DNA of 64,000 bases from Patescibacteria group bacterium. GTDB taxonomy: Bacteria; Patescibacteriota; Minisyncoccia; Phycocordibacterales; UBA918. The notes under the pieces were generated by a model. That model made no database searches. It saw nothing but the letters and a program-made list of their open reading frames with translations, and was not told where the DNA came from. The stretch covers positions 176,219 to 240,218 of the forward strand of contig JAZKFU010000008.1 in the NCBI GenBank assembly GCA_040386275.1, given 5' to 3'. Below, piece by piece: positions 56,440 through 64,000 of this stretch. A program made the position numbers and the translations under genes. Every line of letters begins with the position of its first letter. The stretch's first letter is position 1.

Positions 56440-57681
56440 TTATTTTTGCAACAATTGGTCACGCAAATTCTTTGTGAAGTTGACGATGAAATTTAGGTTG
56501 TGGATGGAGGCTAGGTGGGGGCCGAGGATTTCGCCAGCGCGGAACAAGTGGGCTACGTAGGCTTTAGTGTAGGTTTGAGCGACGTGGCCGGTTGAGAGTG
56601 GATCAAGGACGGAATGATCGGTTTTATATTTGGCGTTTAAGAGACTAATTTTTTTAGTTACCGGATAGGTAAAGGTACCACACGGAGTAGTTTTCATTTC
56701 ACCGGTTAGTACATAAATTGTTCCCGTGCGACCAATACGAGTGGGAGCGACACAATCAAAGGTGTCACAGCCCATCAGGATGCCTTGGACGATGTCTTCT
56801 GGCTCACCAATACCGAGCAAGTGACGTGGTTTGTCTTCAGGGAGGATTTCGTTAACAACCCGGAGACTATCTCCCAAATCATCTTTAGAAAAGCTACCAC
56901 CAATACCAAAGCCATCAAAGTCCATATCAGATAATGCCCGGGCTGACTCTTGTCGCAAATCTAAAAATTGACCACCTTGAATCACACCATAGAGACCTTG
57001 CTTCTTTAAGGCTTCATAATTATTTTTATGCGCCATAATACTGCGTTTAGCCCAACGATGCGTACGGTCCATTGCTTCTTTTTGGTAGTCACGGTCGGCT
57101 GTAGGGCTGGTACATTCATCAAAGGCAATAATGATGTCAGCCCCAATAGCATGCTGGATATCAATCGAACGTTCAGCAGTAAAGCGATGCATTGAACCAT
57201 CAAGATGTGATGTGAAGGTTACGCCTTCTTCATCGATAATACAAAGCTTGCCGTGATCTTCGGCCACTTTAAGGGAATAGACATTGAGTCCGTGTTTTTC
57301 TACCGCATCACTGACATCGCCCTGCGCAAACTTAGTAACCCCTTTGCCAAAAGCAGCTCCTAAACTAAACACCTGAAAGCCACCGGAATCGGTCATAGTG
57401 GGCATCTGCCAATTGGCGAATTGATGTAATCCACCCGCTTCTTTAATTACATCGTGACCAGGCTGAAGGAATAAGTGGTAGGTATTGGCGAGGGTAACTT
57501 GATTGCCAACGTACTGTTTTAAATCTTCCGGCATCAGACTTTTAACACTTGCTTTGGTTCCCACCACCACAAATGCTGGCGTTTGAATGTCACCATGGAG
57601 CGTCGAAATCACTCCCGCGCGCGCGAGGTTCCCTTTCCCTTTTGCCTCAATCTTAAACGTAACCGGTTTTGTAATAGCCAT
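56440..57681 (-). CDS. tgt: queuine tRNA-ribosyltransferase
   Basis: TIM-barrel Tgt motifs: TPAFVVVGTKASVK, LANTYHL, GIGEPED, Zn-site CDTFDCVAPTR; start at MAITKP. Confidence 0.85.
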   Translation of the reverse strand: MAITKPVTFKIEAKGKGNLARAGVISTLHGDIQTPAFVVVGTKASVKSLMPEDLKQYVGNQVTLANTYHLFLQPGHDVIKEAGGLHQFANWQMPTMTDSGGFQVFSLGAAFGKGVTKFAQGDVSDAVEKHGLNVYSLKVAEDHGKLCIIDEEGVTFTSHLDGSMHRFTAERSIDIQHAIGADIIIAFDECTSPTADRDYQKEAMDRTHRWAKRSIMAHKNNYEALKKQGLYGVIQGGQFLDLRQESARALSDMDFDGFGIGGSFSKDDLGDSLRVVNEILPEDKPRHLLGIGEPEDIVQGILMGCDTFDCVAPTRIGRTGTIYVLTGEMKTTPCGTFTYPVTKKISLLNAKYKTDHSVLDPLSTGHVAQTYTKAYVAHLFRAGEILGPHLASIHNLNFIVNFTKNLRDQLLQK

Positions 57682-57778
57682 AAACCCCGATACTATACAC
57701 GAAAACCAAAACAAAAACACAAACCAAATGTTTGTGTTTTTGCCTCTAATCTATTAACTCTAAAATTGTTTAAATTAT

Positions 57779-57865
57779 TCGAGATGCGCGAAGGACAAGT
57801 AAATCATCGTGAGCCGTACTTCTTGTACGGTGAATGAGGATTTGCGCTGGCCGACAAAGCAGATT
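57779..57865 (+). repeat. dispersed ~90-nt element, copy C
   Basis: cgagatgcgcgaaggacaagtaaatcatcgtgagccgtacttcttgtacggtgaatgaggatttgcgctggccgacaaagcag. Confidence 0.6.
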
Positions 57866-57877
57866 GGATGATTTTAA

Positions 57878-58411
57878 CTATTTTACTTCTAGTAACTCGA
57901 TTGAGAATACTAGAGTAGCCTTACCCGGGATTGGACCATAGCCATTGTCTCCATACGCCAAATCTGATGGAATCACCAAAATTCGCTTACCACCTACTTT
58001 CATACCAACTACTCCCTCTTCCCAGCCTTTAATCACACGTCCTTCCCCTAGCGTGAATTCAAACGGTTCACCTCGTTTGTTTGAATTATCAAATTCTTGT
58101 CCGTTGGGTAACGTACCGATGTAATGTACCGATACTGTATCTCCGATTTTTGCTTCAGCTCCACCACCAATCACCACGTCATCGATAATTAATTTTTCCA
58201 CAGTACCATTTTGATTAGTGCCTTCGAGTAATGCATTTCGTAACTCCGTGTTTTGGTCAGCTCCGTCCCCTACCGTCACCACCGCACTTGCTACCTGAGA
58301 ATTCGTATCGTTTACTGCAATAGCCGAAGTCTCGAGATTGATAAGATACAAGGCAAGAGCCATAGACATGATACTCGCTCCAATACCTAGTAATTCAAAT
58401 TTATTAAACAT
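57878..58411 (-). CDS. FKBP-type peptidyl-prolyl cis-trans isomerase (membrane-anchored or secreted)
   Basis: VHYIGTLPNGQEFDNS...GEGRVIKGWEEGVVGMKVGGKRILVIPSDLAYG matches the FKBP_C signature; N-terminal hydrophobic segment. Confidence 0.85.
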   Translation of the reverse strand: MFNKFELLGIGASIMSMALALYLINLETSAIAVNDTNSQVASAVVTVGDGADQNTELRNALLEGTNQNGTVEKLIIDDVVIGGGAEAKIGDTVSVHYIGTLPNGQEFDNSNKRGEPFEFTLGEGRVIKGWEEGVVGMKVGGKRILVIPSDLAYGDNGYGPIPGKATLVFSIELLEVK

Positions 58412-58443
58412 ATACCATTAATTTACTGAGTCATCATACCGTT

Positions 58444-59532
58444 TTATGGGTAAGTTGCAAGAGAAAATGGCAGAATAAGCTTGCCAGACTTGATATTTTC
58501 CTTATAGAGCGGGTTACTGCGTCTCGCGAGGTTTGCCAAAAAGAGCGCGCGTTCTGCCTCAGCCATTAGTGCTGGCTGGGAATGACTATTTTCACTTGAG
58601 ACGGGGACTAACTCATACTGAACACTCTCTGCAAGAAAGGAAAGTTTTACGACTAACCCTTGCTCAACATCAACAGAAAAATACTGATCAAATATAAAAT
58701 TTCCGAGTGAATAAAAAATTGGCGCGCCATTATAAACATCAATATCCTGCACGACATGTGGATGATGCCCAATAATTGCGTCAGCTCCGGCATCAATAAA
58801 TTGCCGAGCATACGATTCTTGCGTAGCGGAATGTTTTAGCATGTACTCCTCCCCCCAGTGAATATAGACCACTTGAAAATCAGTAGTGCTCGCGAGCGCT
58901 TGGAGACTGATTGTAATTTGTTCAGGGGTTATGGGGGTAAACACGCGGTTAAGAGCCAGCACGCCGATAGTGACAGTGCCGTTGGGGATGATGACCGTCG
59001 ACAAGCCATCAACTACTGACGGATGTCCAAATGGAGTAATACCCGCTAACTCAAGTGATTGGCGAGTAAACGAAAATGTCGTGCTCCCGTAATCAAACGA
59101 ATGATTATTTGCTAGAGACATATGAGTAAAGTCAGCTTGGGACAAAGTGGGTAGCAAGTTTTTATCAACTGAAAACGTAGTTACGTATGATGGGGTTTGT
59201 CTATGCTGCTCCAATATTGCTGATTCAAAATTGCCAATCACCGCAACATTATCAGCCCCTAGTAACTCTGGTACATTTTTAAAAGGATACCCAACCCCTC
59301 TAGTTTTCATTAAAAATTCTACATTGCGCGCTAACAGCACATCACCGACAAAGGTGAGCGGTTTGAGAGTAACTAACTCATCTGGTTTTTCGGCCGCATC
59401 AGTAGTAATTACGCCCACTGAACTACTCGGGATAGTGATGGTAGACCAGTGCTCAAATTGAATAAATACAATGTATAGAATTAGTGGGAGCACCACTAAA
59501 AAGAATGGCAATATCGCTAACTTATTTCTCAT
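58444..59532 (-). CDS. CapA/PGA_cap family metallophosphatase-like protein
   Basis: N-terminal TM; IDAGADAIIGHHPHVVQ motif; start at the internal Met to avoid a 70-nt overlap. Confidence 0.65.
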   Translation of the reverse strand: MRNKLAILPFFLVVLPLILYIVFIQFEHWSTITIPSSSVGVITTDAAEKPDELVTLKPLTFVGDVLLARNVEFLMKTRGVGYPFKNVPELLGADNVAVIGNFESAILEQHRQTPSYVTTFSVDKNLLPTLSQADFTHMSLANNHSFDYGSTTFSFTRQSLELAGITPFGHPSVVDGLSTVIIPNGTVTIGVLALNRVFTPITPEQITISLQALASTTDFQVVYIHWGEEYMLKHSATQESYARQFIDAGADAIIGHHPHVVQDIDVYNGAPIFYSLGNFIFDQYFSVDVEQGLVVKLSFLAESVQYELVPVSSENSHSQPALMAEAERALFLANLARRSNPLYKENIKSGKLILPFSLATYP

Positions 59533-59944
59533 GAGCAGCAGTGTTCGTGCCGTGGAAAAATCCCGCTTGTTCTTTATACATGAGGTACCCAATACTCGAG
59601 AGTGCTATTATCACTGAAAGGATTAAGGTAATTAATGATGAATGATTAAGTGTTTGTTGTTTATTTCGTTCAGTAAAACTATGGTCTGACAAATTTACTT
59701 CAATCCCTAATAGCTTGGTAATCTCAGCAGATGATAACCGATCATCAGAGTTAAATACCTTATGTAAGGTATCAACGTGGGTTTCTTTATTGACGGTGTT
59801 TTCTTTAAGTACCATAAGCGCTGTATCAACTTCATTATTATTCCACCGAGCACTTAACAGTACCGACCGGATTTCTTCATCTTTGGCTGTGGGTGGAATT
59901 CCATTTACTTTTAAAAAGGCTTCGACGTTTCGTTTTTCAATCAT
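59522..59944 (-). CDS. hypothetical protein with C-terminal TM anchor
   Basis: 140 aa ORF; TM near the C-terminus. Confidence 0.35.
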   Translation of the reverse strand: MIEKRNVEAFLKVNGIPPTAKDEEIRSVLLSARWNNNEVDTALMVLKENTVNKETHVDTLHKVFNSDDRLSSAEITKLLGIEVNLSDHSFTERNKQQTLNHSSLITLILSVIIALSSIGYLMYKEQAGFFHGTNTAAHEK

Positions 59945-59946
59945 AA

Positions 59947-60999
59947 TTATTTCTTACGTTTCTTGTGGGGTTCTGGATCATCATCCATATACACTCCATA
60001 AATTTCTAGCAGCACCATAAACAAACTAATACACACCGGTCCTAAAATAAACCCAATTGGTCCAAACAGCGATACTCCACCCAACACCGCTACCAGCACC
60101 ACAAACGGATGGATGTTACTACCTCGACTCATGAGATAGGGTCCAATAAAGTTATCGACGATTACAATAGCCAATATTCCCCAAATCATCAACCCAAAGG
60201 CATTGCCCATTGAGCCGACAAAAAACAAATACGCAACAGCAGGAATCATAATGCCCGCAGTGCCTATACCCGGAAGTAGCCCCCCGACAGCAGCAATAGA
60301 TCCCCAGAGAATCGCTCGTTCAATACCAAATATACTAAACCCAACCGCCGCCACGATACCTTGAATAATTGATACGAGTACCGTTCCGGTTGTTACACTA
60401 CGAATTGAATCAGCTACGCGATTAAGAATTTCTTTATCTTCAGCATCTTTGAGTGGACTCACGGACACAAACCAATCAACTAGTTTCTTCCCATCCCGGA
60501 ATAGATAAAACGAACCGAGTAACGCAATAAAGAATGCAAAGACAAATGAAACGGTACCGGCAAAAATCATGCCGATATTATTGGTAAACCACCCGACACT
60601 GGCTTTAAGTTGCTCGGCCACATTAAGATCAAAACCAGGGATGTACGCTTGGATTTTGGCTTCTAGACCGTTGAGAGTATTATCAAGCGGCATTTGGGTG
60701 GTAACATCAATGGTGCGATAGAAAGACAAAAACTCGTGCACTAGTAAGGACGAAATCAGATACACCGGCAAGACCACTACTGCAAACACCACAACCGTAC
60801 TAAAAAAGGCCGCCAGTGAACGATTATTTCGCGAAAAATACTTTAATATAAACTCAAACAGCGGATAACAAATGACGACAATAATCGCAGAAAGTGCCAG
60901 GGCGGTCACAAAGGGAGCAAATATCTGTAACACCAGGTAGCCGACGATACCCAGGGCTCCAAAGAAGAAAGCAAACTCTATTGCTCGAGTGTGGTGCAT
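59947..60999 (-). CDS. AI-2E family transporter (UPF0118/PerM-like)
   Basis: 350 aa, 7-8 TM helices, organisation typical of the AI-2E family. Confidence 0.65.
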   Translation of the reverse strand: MHHTRAIEFAFFFGALGIVGYLVLQIFAPFVTALALSAIIVVICYPLFEFILKYFSRNNRSLAAFFSTVVVFAVVVLPVYLISSLLVHEFLSFYRTIDVTTQMPLDNTLNGLEAKIQAYIPGFDLNVAEQLKASVGWFTNNIGMIFAGTVSFVFAFFIALLGSFYLFRDGKKLVDWFVSVSPLKDAEDKEILNRVADSIRSVTTGTVLVSIIQGIVAAVGFSIFGIERAILWGSIAAVGGLLPGIGTAGIMIPAVAYLFFVGSMGNAFGLMIWGILAIVIVDNFIGPYLMSRGSNIHPFVVLVAVLGGVSLFGPIGFILGPVCISLFMVLLEIYGVYMDDDPEPHKKRKK

Positions 61000-61079
61000 A
61001 ATAATTTAACTATACCAAGCAACGTAGCGTAAGGCTACACTAGTTTTATAATAATGGGTATTACTTTAATTCTCTCTTG

Positions 61080-61628
61080 TTACTCTTGGGCAAGAATTGC
61101 GTCAAGAGTACGTTCAAGTTGTTCTTTAGTCACAACACCACGTATGTGTTCAATGATTTTTCCGTCAGTATCATAAATGACAGTTTCGGGCATGGCATAG
61201 CCATCGATACCGGCGTAGAAGAAGTCGTTAACGTCAGTGATACGTTCAATATTGTTATAGGCAGGTTGCGACGCGAGGTAGCGTTCACTCTGGTACCCCG
61301 TTTCTTTACGATTCATCGCGAGCACCCGCACCCCCTTGTCTTTGTAGCGCAACGCGATGTCATCAAGTACCGGAAATTCAATTTCGGTATAGGGACTCCA
61401 ACTTGCCCATACATTAACAACCAATATCGAATCTTCGTATTTTGATAATGAAATCTGGTTATTTTGGGCATCAAGATAGGTAGCATTACTATCTTCACTA
61501 AACAGAGTTTTGACCGCTTCGTTTTGTGCCCGATCTTTAGCGACTGATCGAATGTAGTAGGTAGCACACGCAACAACGAGCACTACCCCAATAATTATCA
61601 GTAACACAAGGAGGCGCTTTTTTGTCAT
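61080..61628 (-). CDS. TlpA-like thioredoxin-fold protein lacking the CxxC active site
   Basis: N-terminal TM; VVNVWASWSPYTE in place of the canonical WASWCGPC motif. Confidence 0.55.
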   Translation of the reverse strand: MTKKRLLVLLIIIGVVLVVACATYYIRSVAKDRAQNEAVKTLFSEDSNATYLDAQNNQISLSKYEDSILVVNVWASWSPYTEIEFPVLDDIALRYKDKGVRVLAMNRKETGYQSERYLASQPAYNNIERITDVNDFFYAGIDGYAMPETVIYDTDGKIIEHIRGVVTKEQLERTLDAILAQE

Positions 61629-61673
61629 GTCTCTATACTATCACAGGTAACTACCCCACTCTTACTTCAATCT

Positions 61674-62153
61674 TTAACCCTTAATAAACAACTCGTATGA
61701 TTCAGGAGTTTCATCGGCTCCCGCTTCAACGAGATTAAGTGCTACTGGTACACCTTGGAACGTAGCCGCTAGGCTCGCCTGATCACTCGCTTGAGCAGCT
61801 ACTGAAAATCGCTGCTTGGTTGGTTTTTGTTCACAATCAGTCGTGGTGTTAACAACTATAAAGGCAAAGGTAACTTGTTCGGGCATCGATTCTGCCACTC
61901 GTGAATCAGCGGTAAGCAAATCGCAGGCGGTTGGCATCGTGACTTCACCCACAATGGTATGTACACCGTTACGGTAGAAATGTTTTGCTTCGATACGCGT
62001 TATCTGGTAGGGATCAGTGGAGGTGGCAGCGGTAGTAGTGCTCGTTGGTTCCGGTGACTCTAACGCCTGCTTTTGAATATATGACAACCCAAATAATCCG
62101 CCGATAAGTAATAAAAATCCTCCGACAGCCAATGCAATTGATGTTTGTGACAT
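61674..62153 (-). CDS. hypothetical membrane-anchored protein
   Basis: 159 aa, N-terminal TM. Confidence 0.35.
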   Translation of the reverse strand: MSQTSIALAVGGFLLLIGGLFGLSYIQKQALESPEPTSTTTAATSTDPYQITRIEAKHFYRNGVHTIVGEVTMPTACDLLTADSRVAESMPEQVTFAFIVVNTTTDCEQKPTKQRFSVAAQASDQASLAATFQGVPVALNLVEAGADETPESYELFIKG

Positions 62154-62196
62154 AGAAAAAAAGTAATTAGTAATCCTTACTCTCTATTATACACCG

Positions 62197-63915
62197 TTAC
62201 TGTCCCACTTCGCTCCCGACATAGATTTTTACGAGGTTGTCTGGAGTGGCGACATCACTTGAAAGTAAGGCTCCAAACAAGGTTTTACTAAGGGTTAGTG
62301 CCGCTTCTTGGTTTTGGGGATTGTACACAATCACTGTTTTAGCATCCGCCCGGTCTAGTTCACTGCGCAAGGTATCAACCGTGTACCCCAGAGTTTCAAG
62401 ACGTTTACGATTTTTTGCTCCCAAACCCGGTACACCGCTACTATTTATGATTTCTAAGGAAAAAGGCAAATCTTGTACCGTTACATCATCATCGGTAATA
62501 ATATATTCCGGTAACGTGTTATATACAATTTGTTCGGATGAAATTTTAACAGAGGCATCGGGGTTATTAATAGTTACTTCGTACGGACGAGACTTGGTAT
62601 TATTCTCTCCAAAAAACCAGGCGGCACAAAAAAGAAGGAATATAACAACCGCTACAGCCACCACAAACAATCGATAGCGTACCAGGAACCGATACATAAC
62701 TATCACTACTTCGCGGGGAGCTTTGACGGTTCGTAAATTTCTGACCAATTCAGTAATTCCAAAACGAACTGGTCCGGTGACGGTTTGATAGCGTCTAATA
62801 ATTACTGTTTTTGCTGGTATCTCTGTGTGTTTACCATAGACACTAGTGTTCTTTCGCGTGAGGCGTACATTTGGATCAACGCCCGCTAAAATCAACATGC
62901 GTCTAATGTAAATCTTGATAGCAAAACTAAAGAACCAAAATAGTAGCAAGAGTACTAAAATAACTATGGAAATTTGTTTTAGGGGTATGACCCAAAAGTA
63001 CGTGGTGCTAGTAGCAAAGTTTTTTGTATCTTCCCCATACCCTAAGGTGGCAATCGCTTTAAAGCGTCCAATATCATAGGAAGATTTTTCACCGGTCCAG
63101 GTAAAACTAAATTTTCGAATACTATTAGGGAGCACATTGCCAAAGTGGGTTTGATAATTAATCGGAATCACCCCTCGTTTGGTTCCCCACATATTAGTTA
63201 TAGTAATATCACCCTGCGGTTGCAAGTGAACATTACCGGTATTTTCAAATCGAACTTCAAAATCAATCGCTGGTTCTGAATATAAACTTTTGATAGTGGT
63301 AAACTCACGGATTCCACCTTTTTCAATGACGTCACCTGAGATACGAACAAATAATAATGATGTAACAAATTGGGCTGTTTGTACTTGGGCTGCCCCACTA
63401 CTGGTTTCTGGTGGTTTCGTTCCCACGAGAATCGCAGCGTAATGACCACCAGGTGCTGGATTTGCCGTCACCTGCACCATAAACGGTATATTAGCGGTTT
63501 GCTGAGGCGCAATGACGACCGACGTTGAGGACAAAGTTACCCACTCGGCCAAGGTTTGCCCTTTGGTCTCGCTCGCAAAAATTGGAATCAAATCACCTTG
63601 CCCTGATTCACCAGACGGTGCAAAATTTACGACCTGCGGATAGACGGTAATGGGATAGTCATTAACGTTAATAACTCTAATTTCACTACTCCACACCTGA
63701 CTTGGGTTTGCGGTCATCTGAAACAAGGTTGGCGAAACACTTAAGGTTTGCGCTTGACCGGGTGTTTGAGCAAAAACCGTTGTGATCCCGGACAACAAAA
63801 AAAGTATCAGAACAAAAAAACGGAAACTATTTTTTAAGGTTAATGTCATGATCGTATTGTGTAGCGGTGGTACCGTTGCGCACATAGACTGAAACTTCTT
63901 CATGTTCGATATCAA
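62197..63915 (-). CDS. membrane protein with secreted N-terminal domain, central TM helices and C-terminal LytR_C (LCP-associated) domain
   Basis: C-terminal ...VQDLPFSLEIINSSGVPGLGAKNRKRLETLGYTVDTL... resembles LytR_C; signal peptide at the N-terminus; TM helices mid-protein. Confidence 0.45.
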   Translation of the reverse strand: MISNMKKFQSMCATVPPLHNTIMTLTLKNSFRFFVLILFLLSGITTVFAQTPGQAQTLSVSPTLFQMTANPSQVWSSEIRVINVNDYPITVYPQVVNFAPSGESGQGDLIPIFASETKGQTLAEWVTLSSTSVVIAPQQTANIPFMVQVTANPAPGGHYAAILVGTKPPETSSGAAQVQTAQFVTSLLFVRISGDVIEKGGIREFTTIKSLYSEPAIDFEVRFENTGNVHLQPQGDITITNMWGTKRGVIPINYQTHFGNVLPNSIRKFSFTWTGEKSSYDIGRFKAIATLGYGEDTKNFATSTTYFWVIPLKQISIVILVLLLLFWFFSFAIKIYIRRMLILAGVDPNVRLTRKNTSVYGKHTEIPAKTVIIRRYQTVTGPVRFGITELVRNLRTVKAPREVVIVMYRFLVRYRLFVVAVAVVIFLLFCAAWFFGENNTKSRPYEVTINNPDASVKISSEQIVYNTLPEYIITDDDVTVQDLPFSLEIINSSGVPGLGAKNRKRLETLGYTVDTLRSELDRADAKTVIVYNPQNQEAALTLSKTLFGALLSSDVATPDNLVKIYVGSEVGQ

Positions 63916-64000
63916 GTGGTTGATTGCCTCGTTTGTGATAGTACAACACTAAGAGTATTGAGAGTAACAATACTATAATAAACAACACAATGAGGGGCAC

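Noticed and set aside
1-64000. CRISPR arrays, rRNA genes, integrase or recombinase genes
   Set aside because: No regularly spaced direct repeats, no rRNA-like conserved stretches and no tyrosine or serine recombinase motifs were found in any frame.

Overview
This 64 kb window is a low-GC, compact bacterial chromosome segment. Short-form UvrA and UvrC, many small hypothetical membrane proteins and an LCP-like protein suggest a small-genome, possibly Patescibacteria/CPR-like lineage; this is inference only. Most genes are on the minus strand. Housekeeping genes include mnmA, mltG, leuS, ychF, sppA, tspO, ddl, uvrC, uvrA, uvrB, tgt, an FKBP PPIase, a capA-like gene and an AI-2E transporter, plus a plus-strand RND efflux pair (periplasmic adaptor and pump) and two tRNA-Ala genes (GGC and TGC).

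The main item is an AT-rich island of about 8 kb (29.4-37.6 kb) next to tRNA-Ala(TGC), which is bracketed by inverted copies of the tRNA 3' end. The island encodes:
- a 1323-aa single polypeptide with a GIY-YIG/T5orf172-like module, a DEAH SF2 helicase and an NPPY adenine-methyltransferase-like domain;
- a tightly coupled 308-aa protein of unknown role;
- a winged-helix HNH endonuclease;
- a DUF1294-like membrane protein;
- a PD-(D/E)xK fold protein.
This looks like an uncharacterised single-chain restriction/defence system.

Other notable features:
- a REP-associated tyrosine transposase (IS200-like HUH Y1) flanked by perfect palindromic REP hairpins;
- a dispersed, conserved non-coding element of about 90 nt present in at least 6 copies (core hairpin gccgtacNNNNNgtacggt plus a gcgcaggcaacaaagcag tail);
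- a leucyl-tRNA synthetase carrying a Nudix-like insertion of about 135 aa;
- a six-gene signalling operon: FIST sensor, soluble histidine kinase, two receiver-only response regulators, a 905-aa surface protein and a membrane histidine kinase;
- a sigma-70 region-4 protein fused to a HARE-HTH domain;
- a tandem pair of secreted vWA paralogs;
- a TlpA-like thioredoxin-fold protein that has lost its CxxC motif;
- an unannotated 33-aa membrane peptide gene with a strong Shine-Dalgarno sequence.

No rRNA or CRISPR array was seen.
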